Source: a phage. From it: a stretch of 64,000 nt of DNA. The notes below the pieces were generated by a model, which ran no database searches, had not been told where the DNA came from, and worked only from the letters and a program-made list of their open reading frames with translations. Where the stretch lies: sequence record PZ154895.1, one strand, 5' to 3'. Of this stretch, positions 43,181 through 61,115 are shown in pieces (within the stretch, counting starts at the first letter, position 1; every line of letters begins with the position of its first letter). The position numbers and the translations under genes were made by a program.

Positions 43181-43814
43181 ACGCTTTTTTCATGGCCTCT
43201 GCGAGAGCCATATAGGCGTCATCGGCACTTGTATCGGCTTCCGCCGTCTGTGATTCGGTAATTTCCTTAGGAGTTACCCATGCATCTGGAGCACTTGGAC
43301 CCCATACTGCATCAACACCTACAGTTAATTTGAATCCTTCGTTTACGATACGATAACCTTTATTTGTGTCAGTCAATGAACCTAATCCACGAGAAGAAAC
43401 TCCTGGAATCCATCCGGCACGAATATTAGCTGCTAATTTATCTCCAGGACCGTGGTCACCTTCAATAACACGAGCTCGTCCGTATACGTCATTTCCTTTC
43501 CACCACATATCTTCTATAATGATAGCGGCTTGCATCGGGTCAACATTAGCGCGTGGAGGATGATTTAATTCTCCGAGAGCTTGTTTAGTTAAAACTTGCT
43601 CATTAATATAGTCTTTTACCGCTTTTTCTAATATGCGTTTTGGATAAAGACGTTTATTTCTATTGACGACTTCTGCTTGCATGAATATTCCTTCGATGTA
43701 TAAACCCGGTTTTAAACCTAAGTCTTTTCCATCGTGGGATTCAAGCATTGGCACACCATCAATAATTTCGCCAGGTTGACCCCAAGTTTCAATTAGTAAT
43801 TGGGGTTCATTCAT
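43176..43814 (-). CDS. 21: prohead protease
   Basis: 212 aa; synteny and length. Confidence 0.9.
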   Translation of the reverse strand: MNEPQLLIETWGQPGEIIDGVPMLESHDGKDLGLKPGLYIEGIFMQAEVVNRNKRLYPKRILEKAVKDYINEQVLTKQALGELNHPPRANVDPMQAAIIIEDMWWKGNDVYGRARVIEGDHGPGDKLAANIRAGWIPGVSSRGLGSLTDTNKGYRIVNEGFKLTVGVDAVWGPSAPDAWVTPKEITESQTAEADTSADDAYMALAEAMKKAL

Positions 43815-44239
43815 TAGCTTAATCCTAATGCTTTACGGCGTTTAAGAGCTTTTTTACGCTTACGCTGAGCACGAGATTGACCTGCTGGATTGGCAATCTT
43901 CGTTTTGGTAGCTTTGCGAGCAATTTGTCTACGTTTTGCTTTAGACAGCCCAGTGGTTTGAAATGCATTACGTTCGCGTGTTTTGCGGTCTTTAGTACGT
44001 GTAATTTCACCACGAGCTGAAACATGCTTAACAATGAATTCATTTAACGGCATATTTTCATTAATAGAAGCTAATGCAACTGCTAAATCAGTTTCATCAT
44101 CAAGCATATTCTCGATAATTGTATTTATATCGTCTTTATTTAAAGCAGAAGACAATTCGTCAAAGCGACCCTGTGCTTCAGGAATAAGTGCTTCGACATT
44201 CTCGAGAACTAATTCATGAGTTTCAGGGATCAGAAGCAT
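43814..44239 (-). CDS. 68: prohead core protein
   Basis: 141 aa; synteny. Confidence 0.85.
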   Translation of the reverse strand: MLLIPETHELVLENVEALIPEAQGRFDELSSALNKDDINTIIENMLDDETDLAVALASINENMPLNEFIVKHVSARGEITRTKDRKTRERNAFQTTGLSKAKRRQIARKATKTKIANPAGQSRAQRKRKKALKRRKALGLS

Positions 44240-44483
44240 TATTCATCATCCTCGTCTTCGTCATCTTCGTCAGAGTCTTTGTCTTTTTTGTCGTCTTTAT
44301 CATCACTATCTTCGTCTTCATCATCCTCGTCTTCAGGTTCTTCACCTTCGATTAAGAAATTACGAGCGATAGCGATTTTTTCTTCTTTAATTAAATCAAT
44401 CGTTCTTGCAGCCATGGCTTCAGCAAATAATTTACGAGCGGCTACGAGGTCGTTTGATTTAATAGCTTCAATTAAACCTTCCA

Positions 44484-44484
<1 letters not shown>
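44239..44484 (-). CDS. 67: prohead core protein (acidic)
   Basis: 81 aa; Asp/Glu-rich C-terminus; synteny. Confidence 0.85.
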
Positions 44485-46109
<1,625 letters not shown>

Positions 46110-46141
46110 TTAAGCAGGATGGGGATTTCTCCCCATTCATT

Positions 46142-46633
46142 TTATTCCCAATAATCGAGAGCGAGAGTTACTTCAAAGGTTTGAATTTCATTGTTTGAAT
46201 CCCAATCTAATTGAAGTTCACCCACGTTAGTAGGCCACAGGCCTTTAATTTCGACTTCTTTTGTTACAGTTTTAGCGTCACGAGCATATTGGCGAACAAC
46301 AGCGCTCTTTTTATACTCTGCTGGTTTTCCACCAGTAATTTCGTTCCCTTGCCCAGCAGCAATGCTTTGCCAATCAACAAACTTCTGGCGAGCATCATGT
46401 GCCTCATCGTTCATTACTGTAATAGTCCAGTCATCGAATGTACGATCGCCTGCTACGTTAATTTTACGGTTCATAAATCCGACTGGAATTTTTTCTACAA
46501 TACCAGCTGGTAAAGCAGTGGCTTTACATTGAAACGTAAAATTTTGTCCAAGATAAGAAATTTCTACTTGGAATAAGTTAGGTCGAGCAAAATCACCAGA
46601 TTCAAACGCTCGTGTTACATCATCTACAAACAT
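46142..46633 (-). CDS. 19: tail tube protein
   Basis: 163 aa; synteny and length. Confidence 0.9.
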   Translation of the reverse strand: MFVDDVTRAFESGDFARPNLFQVEISYLGQNFTFQCKATALPAGIVEKIPVGFMNRKINVAGDRTFDDWTITVMNDEAHDARQKFVDWQSIAAGQGNEITGGKPAEYKKSAVVRQYARDAKTVTKEVEIKGLWPTNVGELQLDWDSNNEIQTFEVTLALDYWE

Positions 46634-46647
46634 ATTAGCCTCTGTAG

Positions 46648-46655
46648 TATTTATA
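46648..46655 (-). promoter_or_regulatory. late promoter TATAAATA for gene 19
   Basis: + strand tatttata. Confidence 0.55.
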
Positions 46656-46706
46656 TCCCTATGTTTAACCTAGGGCATATAGAATTAAAGAATTAAGGAT
46701 ATAGTG

Positions 46707-46733
46707 TATTTATATGGCCTGCCGAAACAGGCC
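46707..46733 (-). promoter_or_regulatory. second late promoter motif with adjacent hairpin ggcctgccgaaacaggcc
   Basis: + strand tatttata 46707-46714 and hairpin 46716-46733 downstream of gene 18. Confidence 0.45.
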
Positions 46734-46749
46734 TTTAGAATGCACCGTA

Positions 46750-48729
46750 TTAACCTGCAAGACCAGTTAACTCATCGAAATCTGCACCAGTAGCAGTTGC
46801 TACGAAGTTCAAGGTAATGTAGTTAATGCTTCTAGCCGGTTGGATGTAGAATGTTGCAACAAACTCATTTCTATCAATTACTGACGGAGTGTTATTTGTT
46901 GTATCGCAAACTACACGATATTCATAAATTCCACCGAGAGCTTTAATTCCCTGTAAGTATTGGGCAGTTTCTGTGCGGAATGATGAACGAGTAAACGCGT
47001 TGTTTAATTCGAACAAACGATATTTTGAACTACGTCCGATATTCGTTTTCAACATATTAAACAGACGACGAACGTTAATACGATCAAATGGAGAAGGAAC
47101 AGAAGTAGCTGTTTTATCACCATACAATACGTAACCATCACCACCTGTACCGGTTACCGGGTTGATAGCTTCTTGGTATAAACGATCGCGCTGCGCCTGG
47201 CGAGTTTCAATAGCAAGTTTAATAACGTTAAGAATCTGGCCACGATTATAACCAGCTGGAGACATCCAAGTCTGAGAAACGTTATCGGTTCTTGCACATA
47301 AACCAGCAATATCAGCTGCTAATGGAACCCAGCGATTTACATCATTATATTTGTCATACTGATATTTGTAGTTACCATCAATTGCTGCGTAGGTTGAACT
47401 GATATTAAAGTTATTATCAGTGTATGAACCTGCTGCAGTTCTCCAATTGACTAAGTTATCAACAGCACGAGTTACAGGAATTCCAACTACAGTTTCACGC
47501 GGTGGTGAGCACAATACCAAGCAATCTTGGCGAGCATCCCCGATTGAAACAACATGTTTTTGGACAGTAGATGCTGTTTCTAAAGATTCACCGGCACAAG
47601 AGCCAGCAATAAACAACTGAACATCAACGGATTCACGGTCAGCAAAGAAGTCCCAAGCTTCCATCAAATCTCCTGCTGTTACTTCAGCATTTGATGATAA
47701 TCCGCCAGACAGAGTTAAAATTCCAGAGAAGCCTTCTGGCCAGTTTTGTGCAGTTGCGAAAATATATTCTGAACCACCTTTTGCGAAAAAGTCATCAATA
47801 TAGATGTTACTATCGTAAATATCTTTTTCACCACGCTTTGTTGAAAGAACAACGCTTTGAACAATAGCATCATTGCGACGAACTATAATAGCGTATTGTG
47901 AATCAGTTTGTGGTCCATATCCAAACACTGCTTTGGCAGTAGATGCGCGTGTTCCGCCACCTGGATAAATTGGGAGTAATGCAGAAGCACCTTTTGCGTA
48001 GTCAGCTTTAGATACGATTTCAATTTCGATTTTATCGCCCAACTCACCTGGATAAAGAGCTACTACTCCTGGAATTCCATATTTTTCAAGATTTGTTTGA
48101 AATTCAACCGCTGTCATGGCAGCTTCAGCATTTTCAATTTCAGCTAATAAAATACCAGAATCAGTAATAATTTTTCCAAGGGTTATTACTGCAGCTAAAC
48201 CAGAGGAAGACGAAGAAATTTCCGCGGTCCAGTTAGAACCTAATGCTGGATATTCACCAACTTCTTTCGCTTTAGCGATAATTTTTGCGGTAGGAATATT
48301 AATTTTCTTAATTTTTCCATCAGCATCTACTTCGGTAATTTTACCTTCCGTTTCAATGTCTTCTGAAACATACTTAACTGTGATTTTATCTCCAACCGCG
48401 TAGTTACTACCTGGGGTAGAAATAGTGTATTCAATATTACCAGCAATCGGAGATGAGTTTTTAGCGGTATCTCTATCGACAGCACGCACAACTCGCAAAT
48501 CATTTCCATATTGTAAGAAATTCATTGCAGACATAAAATAATCAGCAGTTTCAGCTGTAGGTTGACCAAAAGTATTAACTAAATCTACTTCATTTGTAAC
48601 CTGTTTGATCTGAAAAGCAGGACCCCACTGGAATTTACCGGCCAAAGCTGCTGTACCAGTAGAGTTATTAACCACGGTGCTTTGAACCGTAGTTTCTTTG
48701 AGCTCAATGCCCGGAGATAATAAAGTCAT
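46750..48729 (-). CDS. 18: contractile tail sheath protein
   Basis: 659 aa; synteny and length. Confidence 0.93.
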   Translation of the reverse strand: MTLLSPGIELKETTVQSTVVNNSTGTAALAGKFQWGPAFQIKQVTNEVDLVNTFGQPTAETADYFMSAMNFLQYGNDLRVVRAVDRDTAKNSSPIAGNIEYTISTPGSNYAVGDKITVKYVSEDIETEGKITEVDADGKIKKINIPTAKIIAKAKEVGEYPALGSNWTAEISSSSSGLAAVITLGKIITDSGILLAEIENAEAAMTAVEFQTNLEKYGIPGVVALYPGELGDKIEIEIVSKADYAKGASALLPIYPGGGTRASTAKAVFGYGPQTDSQYAIIVRRNDAIVQSVVLSTKRGEKDIYDSNIYIDDFFAKGGSEYIFATAQNWPEGFSGILTLSGGLSSNAEVTAGDLMEAWDFFADRESVDVQLFIAGSCAGESLETASTVQKHVVSIGDARQDCLVLCSPPRETVVGIPVTRAVDNLVNWRTAAGSYTDNNFNISSTYAAIDGNYKYQYDKYNDVNRWVPLAADIAGLCARTDNVSQTWMSPAGYNRGQILNVIKLAIETRQAQRDRLYQEAINPVTGTGGDGYVLYGDKTATSVPSPFDRINVRRLFNMLKTNIGRSSKYRLFELNNAFTRSSFRTETAQYLQGIKALGGIYEYRVVCDTTNNTPSVIDRNEFVATFYIQPARSINYITLNFVATATGADFDELTGLAG

Positions 48730-48757
48730 TTTTAATCCTCTTTAATATGCTTTAATA

Positions 48758-51898
<3,141 letters not shown>

Positions 51899-51939
51899 GA
51901 TTTCTCCTAATCTGGGCTTTAATTAGTTTATAATATTTA

Positions 51940-53670
<1,731 letters not shown>

Positions 53671-53673
53671 ATG

Positions 53674-55137
53674 TTATGCTGGTGATAAAAAGGTAGAAAG
53701 TAATACCCATTCGCCGTCTTTACGAACGTAAGCTTGACCATCTTTTGGAGCTTCAGGAATATAACCTGCTTCTTGTAGAGCTTGAACATCACCTTGCAGA
53801 GAAGATATACTGCCTTTGGCTGTATTCACTTCTTGCGTAACTGATGCAATGTTGGTTTCGTTAGTTTTTATTGAGTTGGTTAATCCACGTTCTTCAACAG
53901 TTGAACCATTTGGATTAGTTCCATTTACTAAAGTATTTAACGCTACAACTTGCCCTTTAATTCCTGCGCTGTTATTACCAATCTCTACTTGTAGGTTTTG
54001 AACATCGTTGTTCAAGCTTGAAACAGAAGTTTCAATTGTAGAAACTCGGTTTAAAAGAGACCCAGGAGGAGAAGGTTGTCCACCGCTAGAATCAGTTCCA
54101 ACAATTTGGTTTAACCACGAAACATTCGCTCTTAAACCAGATGAAGTGTTTTCACCGACGATTCCATTTAGAGCTTCGATTGAAGTTGTGTTATCTTTGA
54201 TTTGGCCTTTAATACTCGAAGGAATATCATCTGAACCAATGGAAGTTTCAATAACGGTTAAACGCTGTTTAATACCTCCACTTTGATTTAGCTCTAAATT
54301 AATAGATGCAATATTATCAGTGTTTGTATTAACATTCGTAATAATCGAATTATTTCCTGGATATCCTATTGAGGTCTTAATAGCACTAATGTCAGATTCA
54401 ACTGTTGTCTGTTTAGTGTCAATTTCATTTAAGCGACTGTAAACAGTTTGTGAAAACGATGGTGGTTTAGGTCCAAGTTCTTCGCGAAGATTACCAACTT
54501 CAATAGTCAAAGAACCTACGTCAGATTCAATAAATTTTGTTTCTAATTCGCTTAAACGTATTCCCTGTGAAGTAATGACATCAGTATTATTAATAATGCG
54601 ATGCTTCATTCCTGTGCTAGGATTTCCTACAACAGGAAGACCATTAATATCTTGACCCGTGTATTGTCCAAGTTCACGCTTTATCCATAGTAAATCATTT
54701 CTGATCGTTCTGTATACAGAGTTGGCCTCGGAGTTAAATGGACCAATATCAGCAAGAATGCTGTCAACTGTACTATTGGTTCCATTTAATATTTCTGTAT
54801 GTTCACTGGTTAGCGTTTTAAGGTCAGAAATATCCTTTTTATTGATACTTATTTGGGCCAAAGCTTCAATATCACCAGATACATCTAAGATACCCTGAAT
54901 TGTTTTAATATCACTATTTGCGGTTTCTAAAGATGTTTTAAGTATTCCAATGTTTTTATCAAGAACTTCAACATTTCTTAGTACAGAAACTGTAGGTCTA
55001 TTCATTGAGCCTTCACTTCCATACTGTGTGTCAGCTCCTAATATTTCTTCGCCGTTTTTAATCCAGGAAATGCGGCTCTGGCCCTCTGCAGGAGGGCCGT
55101 CAACGAATGGTAAGTCATTCAGTACAATATCTGTCAT
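53674..55137 (-). CDS. wac: fibritin (whisker) protein
   Basis: 487 aa; long coiled-coil; C-terminal foldon-like [27 protein letters not shown]. Confidence 0.93.
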   Translation of the reverse strand: MTDIVLNDLPFVDGPPAEGQSRISWIKNGEEILGADTQYGSEGSMNRPTVSVLRNVEVLDKNIGILKTSLETANSDIKTIQGILDVSGDIEALAQISINKKDISDLKTLTSEHTEILNGTNSTVDSILADIGPFNSEANSVYRTIRNDLLWIKRELGQYTGQDINGLPVVGNPSTGMKHRIINNTDVITSQGIRLSELETKFIESDVGSLTIEVGNLREELGPKPPSFSQTVYSRLNEIDTKQTTVESDISAIKTSIGYPGNNSIITNVNTNTDNIASINLELNQSGGIKQRLTVIETSIGSDDIPSSIKGQIKDNTTSIEALNGIVGENTSSGLRANVSWLNQIVGTDSSGGQPSPPGSLLNRVSTIETSVSSLNNDVQNLQVEIGNNSAGIKGQVVALNTLVNGTNPNGSTVEERGLTNSIKTNETNIASVTQEVNTAKGSISSLQGDVQALQEAGYIPEAPKDGQAYVRKDGEWVLLSTFLSPA

Positions 55138-56717
55138 TCTTTTACCTTAATTATGTAGTTTAAAGAAATGTTCCATGGACGTGTTTCATTTCCAATTAAT
55201 TCAGGACGATTTAGTGTATATTTGGAATTTCGTTGTGATGCTGGGTCAATTTCATATCCATCATTGGTAAAGTATGAACGGTTATCCCAGTCAAGTCCTT
55301 TACGTGTACCAACAAAATTTGATCTACGGGTATTACCGAATGCTCCAGAATCATCATGCTCACCAAATCCGCCAGCGTGTTTATGATAAGACATCTGCTG
55401 TTTTTGTACTTCGCCAACATATCCACCGGTACAACCTACACCTAATCTAGGCTTACCAAATTGGTCATTACCATTAACGTTTGGATTTGTTAAGTGAGAG
55501 CCACGACCAGAGCCACGAACAAAAAGACCACGCATATCAGGTAATCCAGGATTTGATGAGCTTCCGCCGTATCTTGTTCCAATTCTAGAAGCATATAACG
55601 GACAATCTGATGCTGAAACAGTTCCACCATGACAGAAGCGCCAAGCATCACTAGGAAGGCTATCAGCCGCCCACATCATAATAGCTCCGACAGGAATAGT
55701 TCTATCTATTTCATTTTGCGTTACAACACGCTTACCTTGAATATAACCACCGGTCATGTTAACTGTTCCGGTAATATTTGCTCCACCTGAAGCTATTGTA
55801 AGCGTATTATTAATGCGAAGTGTTCCATTAATCGTTTGACCACCTCTTTGGTGGATAACGTCAGCATTCCAAGCTAATGCCGATGAAGCATCGCCTCCGC
55901 TCTGTGAACCGGCGGTTGTAGTTAATTTAACTACGCCTCTCATTGACGTTGTAGAACCGCGACCATTAAGAGTTGCACCAGTAACAGCAACAGAAGCATT
56001 ATTCGAGTTAACTTCTGATTGCGTTCCTAATTTAATTACGCCTTTATATTCTTCAGTAGCAGTAGAATTCATTAATGTATAAGGAGAAATTGCATAGCCT
56101 TCTCTTAAAGTTCCTTGACGAACTTGAGCTACTGTTGCTAATTGAACAACACCTTGGTCAGATTCGGTAGCTGTGGTTTCAGAAGGAGCAATTTGCGCAA
56201 TTAATTTAATAGCTAACTGTTGTGTTTTTAACGGAGTCATTGCAGTAGTATCATCAGCACCTGCCAATGCTTGCGGCAATGACGAAATTTTAATAACTCC
56301 ATTCTTTGATTCAGTTGAAACACGAGTTTCAAAGGCATTATTAAGGGCAACAGTAAATTTAGCAGGAGTTATAGAAGATTCATTATTAACTCCGGCAATT
56401 GCTTCATCATTGGTTGAATATCTTGTTAATCCGTAAACAGTTTCAGTTGCGTTTGGATAAGATAATCTTGTTGCCAACGTTGCTGGTGTAACTGCTTTGG
56501 TATTATCAGTTCCGTCGATAACTTCCTGTTCAGTGGCAAGAAATAAAATTCCCTTTGTTGTTGATGATGCATCAGGAACTCCATTTACACCAGCAGGAGA
56601 AATGGCTGCTATAGCAGCCTGAACATCAGTAATCTCTGCTGGAAAATTTGTGCCAGTTGGATCAAATTTTACATAGCGAGATTCATTAGAAACGTGTTGG
56701 TATGTATTATTACTCAT
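55134..56717 (-). CDS. 12: short tail fibre protein
   Basis: 527 aa; synteny and length. Confidence 0.92.
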   Translation of the reverse strand: MSNNTYQHVSNESRYVKFDPTGTNFPAEITDVQAAIAAISPAGVNGVPDASSTTKGILFLATEQEVIDGTDNTKAVTPATLATRLSYPNATETVYGLTRYSTNDEAIAGVNNESSITPAKFTVALNNAFETRVSTESKNGVIKISSLPQALAGADDTTAMTPLKTQQLAIKLIAQIAPSETTATESDQGVVQLATVAQVRQGTLREGYAISPYTLMNSTATEEYKGVIKLGTQSEVNSNNASVAVTGATLNGRGSTTSMRGVVKLTTTAGSQSGGDASSALAWNADVIHQRGGQTINGTLRINNTLTIASGGANITGTVNMTGGYIQGKRVVTQNEIDRTIPVGAIMMWAADSLPSDAWRFCHGGTVSASDCPLYASRIGTRYGGSSSNPGLPDMRGLFVRGSGRGSHLTNPNVNGNDQFGKPRLGVGCTGGYVGEVQKQQMSYHKHAGGFGEHDDSGAFGNTRRSNFVGTRKGLDWDNRSYFTNDGYEIDPASQRNSKYTLNRPELIGNETRPWNISLNYIIKVKE

Positions 56718-57373
56718 GCTGTTCTCTCAAAATGATAAAGTACTATTGGAGTTTGCTGATTATCTAAAGTTACAGTTTGTGCACCAAGCAAATTCCATGT
56801 GCCATATCCAGGCTTAGATTCTGAAATAATTTCTTGGGAAATAGTTATTCCATATGTGGAATATGTGCTTAATACATGTTTCTGATTATCTAAATAAGTA
56901 ACTTCTAATTTACTACCATCGGTTGGATGGTCTTTATATGAATTGATAGCAGTAAATGACGCAATAGCTTCTTGTAGAGCAACACGAACTTTGGCGACAA
57001 ACTCAATAGCTGTCATTCCGGTTGTTGCTGAAACTGGAAGACCGAATACTAATACAGTAACAGGAGAACCAGGAGGAAGCGAATCATCTGTTACAGTTCC
57101 CGAAAATGCCCAATAATCAGTTTGAGAAACACCCTCAGGAGAAACACCAGTTTTATTAGTAATAATTGTACCAACGTCTTTTATAGAAAAATTATGAACG
57201 TCATTAATAGCTGATTCTACGTTTGGTTCATAAAATCCTTTCGCTAATTGAGAAATTGTCACTGACCCAACTGATTGACGATTCATTACATCGATGTCAC
57301 CAGTTTTAGGTCTAAAACCAAGAAAATCGGCTAAGCGGGAAATAACTCCCGCTTTATTATTAAGTAAACTCAT
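56714..57373 (-). CDS. 11: baseplate wedge / short tail fibre connector
   Basis: 219 aa from [20 protein letters not shown]; synteny. Confidence 0.88.
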   Translation of the reverse strand: MSLLNNKAGVISRLADFLGFRPKTGDIDVMNRQSVGSVTISQLAKGFYEPNVESAINDVHNFSIKDVGTIITNKTGVSPEGVSQTDYWAFSGTVTDDSLPPGSPVTVLVFGLPVSATTGMTAIEFVAKVRVALQEAIASFTAINSYKDHPTDGSKLEVTYLDNQKHVLSTYSTYGITISQEIISESKPGYGTWNLLGAQTVTLDNQQTPIVLYHFERTA

Positions 57374-59181
57374 TATGCAATCCTTATCCAACGATAAACT
57401 GTAATATATGGTTGAATGTTAGTTATTGATGTTGGCGGAGTGTGAGTAGAGTTAGTAGATGCTTTAGCTTCACGGTATTTCGTGTAAACTGGACCGGATT
57501 CATCTGGATCGTATTGACATCCACCAACAATGACTGATCCATTTTCATCAACTATTAGAACTTCTTCATCTGTCTCAGTTGCAGGAAGATTAGCATTTTC
57601 CAATGTAACAGAAGTAGAACCGCCTGTTCCACCCGCCGTATGTGAAGGATTTCCACCCGAATCTAAATCGTTATTATTTAGAGCAAAGTTAGGGTCCGAA
57701 ATATCTTCATTCCATCCAACTAAAACTTTTCCTTGCCCAAATAATTTCCATGAGCCGAATCCCATATATGTAACAGGGTTATTTGGATTAACAGCGTTTT
57801 CATATATAGTTCCAATAGGATAAATCGTATCAAAGATATTTGAAACAGCATTAAATTCGCGTTGATAGGATTGAACTGCTTCTACATTTGGCCAACCAAT
57901 TTTATCGAAGTCTGTTAAATTTACATCACCAGAAATATCTACTCCTGGTCCTTGCGATACATAGAGATTATCAGTTTCATCAATAATCTCGTCTTTTGTT
58001 AATAATGTACCTAAATCATTATTAAACCAGGTGATATTGATAATGTCGCCATGCTCAAATACTCTATCGAAATGTAAAATTTCCGGTATGCCGTTTTCAT
58101 CAGTTTCAACTGAATAGTCGGTATGAGACTGTTCCCAAGTTCCACCTAAAACAGAGCATTCTACTTCATCGTCTGAATCTGCACCGACACAATGAAATAA
58201 TGGCATTCCAACTGTTCCAGCCAATTCTTGTAAAATTCCATTAAAACGAACCTCAAGAGAATTAGGATTAATAGGTTCACCTGGAATTAATCCAAAAGCT
58301 GAAAACGGAATTGATTTCATTGTTGATAAATCAGTAACGTAAATGCTTCCTTCTAAAGAAGTCTTTGACGTTAATTTTGAATCTAACACTCTAATTTGAC
58401 GTCTTGTATATGAACTTCTCCACTGTGATACGCCATCCATAAATGTTTCAATTTGAACAGTATCACCAATATTACAAGGCTGTCTTAATCGAATATTAAA
58501 TCCATCAAGAGGAACTAATTCGCCTTCATTTTCGCCCGGAGAGCCAAAATCACTGTTTTCACTAAATACATCGCCGTAATACAATTCGTTACCACGATGT
58601 TTTACTCTGATGTTATTTACATTATAACTAGTTCCACGGAAAACATCTAAAAAGTCTGTTTGTCCTTGGACTTCGACTAAAAATTCTTTACGAGCTACAT
58701 TACTAATGTCTGAACTGGTAATTTTGTCAATTTGTTTATTTTTGACATATTCCCAACGTCCTGGGGCGCAATACACTAATTCCAAATCGCTGAATTGAAC
58801 ATTAATTTCAACTGGTACTGCAGACCCTTTAATTGTATCGCCGGAAGCAGCTACTAATGTAACTGGGTTGACGTTCCATGTAGCAAATACGTCTCTAGCT
58901 CTAATTACCTTGTTGTAATCATTGACAGTTCCTTTTGGAAGATTTATAGTCACTCTTCCAGAAGAGGTATTAATAGCGTATGATTTTCCCCACTCAGCTT
59001 TTAATGTTTGACCAGATGAAGCATCATAAGTTTTCCAGGCACCGGCTGAATATGGAACATCTCCATCACCAAGCTCGTAATAAAGCTCATCAAAGTTTTC
59101 ATTTATTTTTATACCACCTTTACGCAGGTAGTCACCGGTACCATCATCAACAACATTACCGATATTAATATTTTGTTTCAT
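57373..59181 (-). CDS. 10: baseplate wedge protein
   Basis: 602 aa; synteny. Confidence 0.9.
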   Translation of the reverse strand: MKQNINIGNVVDDGTGDYLRKGGIKINENFDELYYELGDGDVPYSAGAWKTYDASSGQTLKAEWGKSYAINTSSGRVTINLPKGTVNDYNKVIRARDVFATWNVNPVTLVAASGDTIKGSAVPVEINVQFSDLELVYCAPGRWEYVKNKQIDKITSSDISNVARKEFLVEVQGQTDFLDVFRGTSYNVNNIRVKHRGNELYYGDVFSENSDFGSPGENEGELVPLDGFNIRLRQPCNIGDTVQIETFMDGVSQWRSSYTRRQIRVLDSKLTSKTSLEGSIYVTDLSTMKSIPFSAFGLIPGEPINPNSLEVRFNGILQELAGTVGMPLFHCVGADSDDEVECSVLGGTWEQSHTDYSVETDENGIPEILHFDRVFEHGDIINITWFNNDLGTLLTKDEIIDETDNLYVSQGPGVDISGDVNLTDFDKIGWPNVEAVQSYQREFNAVSNIFDTIYPIGTIYENAVNPNNPVTYMGFGSWKLFGQGKVLVGWNEDISDPNFALNNNDLDSGGNPSHTAGGTGGSTSVTLENANLPATETDEEVLIVDENGSVIVGGCQYDPDESGPVYTKYREAKASTNSTHTPPTSITNIQPYITVYRWIRIA

Positions 59182-60047
59182 TATTGAGCCACCCCGATTT
59201 TCTGCGTAGCGATAACTTTAACTGCTGCTCTCATACCGACAGTTGAAGAACTTATAGTCGCCGTTACATAATTTTCTTTAATACTAAATGCAATATTAGC
59301 GATTTCGTCTTCTTCGGTTTCATTCCCAACTCGCATGACAGCATATTCAGAAGAAATGACCTCTGAATTAACAGTATCCACAAGAATATTTATTTCTGCC
59401 GTTTTAATTTTTCTTCCATCTACCGATTGACATGTAACTAACAATTTAGCCATGTTATATTCAGTACGATGAAATAGTGGAATATCAACTGATCCGGATG
59501 TAGAAATATTCCATGTACCTTCAGCAGGTGATTCCTTTTGTCCAAACATACTTTCAATAGAATAATTCCAAACTGATGTAGAATTATCAGATGAAATACA
59601 ACGTAAAGTTACTTTACTATATGGGCTAGTTACTACTAAATTACCAGAAACACCTTTAATTGAATCAATCGCTTGAATCGTTAAAGGATTAGTAACTGAT
59701 ATAGATCCATTTGAGTTAATAAATTCAACGCAATCACCAAGTTCGCCTCTTTCAATGATAACTTTAACACCTACAGTAGAGGTATCAATATCATGTCTAG
59801 TGCCAACTTTTACTGGAGTTGCGTACTCTGCAATAGAGTGTTTTTGATAATATCCAGTAGCATGGATAATTTGGCCATCTGCTCCAGTTCCATTTGCTAC
59901 TGCCATTTTACGTTGATCGCCAAACGCATTATAAATTGCGTTAAAATCACTATTAATTTTATTACCACCGTCGAATAAGATATCACCAGTAGAAGCGTTA
60001 CCAATTTCGCCGGTATCAATCAATTTCTTTGGTTCTTGAATGAACAT
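59181..60047 (-). CDS. 9: baseplate wedge / long tail fibre socket
   Basis: 288 aa; synteny. Confidence 0.9.
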   Translation of the reverse strand: MFIQEPKKLIDTGEIGNASTGDILFDGGNKINSDFNAIYNAFGDQRKMAVANGTGADGQIIHATGYYQKHSIAEYATPVKVGTRHDIDTSTVGVKVIIERGELGDCVEFINSNGSISVTNPLTIQAIDSIKGVSGNLVVTSPYSKVTLRCISSDNSTSVWNYSIESMFGQKESPAEGTWNISTSGSVDIPLFHRTEYNMAKLLVTCQSVDGRKIKTAEINILVDTVNSEVISSEYAVMRVGNETEEDEIANIAFSIKENYVTATISSSTVGMRAAVKVIATQKIGVAQ

Positions 60048-60071
60048 AGCTGTTTCCTTATGAGTTTATAG

Positions 60072-60079
60072 TATTTATA
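60072..60079 (-). promoter_or_regulatory. late promoter TATAAATA for gene 9
   Basis: + strand tatttata. Confidence 0.6.
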
Positions 60080-60105
60080 AAGAAAAAGGGAGCCCATGGG
60101 CTCCC
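60079..60105 (-). terminator. rho-independent terminator after gene 8
   Basis: gggagcccatgggctccc with A-run on + strand. Confidence 0.7.
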
Positions 60106-60110
60106 TTAAG

Positions 60111-61115
60111 TTAAAATGTAAACAGAATATTGATTTCTTCTGTTTGATCCATTGCCATGATAATAGGTGGCCTATTTTCCATATAAATCATTTCGCCCGA
60201 ATGCCTCATTAAATCTTCCGGATCATAATAATCCTTTTCAGCTTTAACGTTTGGGTCATTTGGATGAGCTTTAGCTTCAAGAGGATTCGTGATTATTGAT
60301 ATTTGTCTAAATCCTTTATTTCCCGGCAATGCAGCTTCAGGAAAATAAACTGAATCTAAATATGCTTTAAAACGAATAGTATTTGCCTTAACCCGGTAAA
60401 TTAATCCAAAATCATCTTGCTGCCATGTGAGATTATCTTCATATCCCCATCTAGTCGGGTCTTCTTTTAATTCCTCAGGCCAAGGAACCACGATATATTC
60501 ATTCGTGCATCTATTTATAGACACATCAGGCGGAATCTCAAAAAGATATTCCCAAACATATCCGTCTCCAGGTTCAATTGTTCCTTCCGCGTCTCCTCGA
60601 CCTTCAGGAGGAGTCATTGACCTAGCAGAAGGAGTCCATTTTCCACCTAACTTAAGGCATTCATCCTTATTAGTTAAAGACTCAATTGAACACATTCCGG
60701 TATCAGGAACATCTAAACAACGATATACTAACCAGCCTGCGCCTGATTCGGTAGCATTGTAAGGAGCTGAGTTACATACTACAATATCGTTAATTCTAAA
60801 TGTGTATGGATCCGGATATCTAGTATCTCCCCAATCTCGACGAGGAATAACTGCATCAAGCATAGATGGAAGAACCTTCACGGTTCCCATCATATGAGTC
60901 CACATGTCAGTTACACCTAATACAGAATCGGTGGGATAAGGTGGGGCAAATCCCACCTCATTTTCATTTGATGACCATGGTTCTGATCTTCCAAATGTGA
61001 TAAAGATAGTGTTTTTATCCGGACCATTTCCAATTGAATTATAAAAATTCAACATTTTTTCTGTTCTAAATTTTGAAGTAACTATCGCACGATAGATAAC
61101 ACTTGAATCATTCAT
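60111..61115 (-). CDS. 8: baseplate wedge protein
   Basis: 334 aa; synteny. Confidence 0.9.
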   Translation of the reverse strand: MNDSSVIYRAIVTSKFRTEKMLNFYNSIGNGPDKNTIFITFGRSEPWSSNENEVGFAPPYPTDSVLGVTDMWTHMMGTVKVLPSMLDAVIPRRDWGDTRYPDPYTFRINDIVVCNSAPYNATESGAGWLVYRCLDVPDTGMCSIESLTNKDECLKLGGKWTPSARSMTPPEGRGDAEGTIEPGDGYVWEYLFEIPPDVSINRCTNEYIVVPWPEELKEDPTRWGYEDNLTWQQDDFGLIYRVKANTIRFKAYLDSVYFPEAALPGNKGFRQISIITNPLEAKAHPNDPNVKAEKDYYDPEDLMRHSGEMIYMENRPPIIMAMDQTEEINILFTF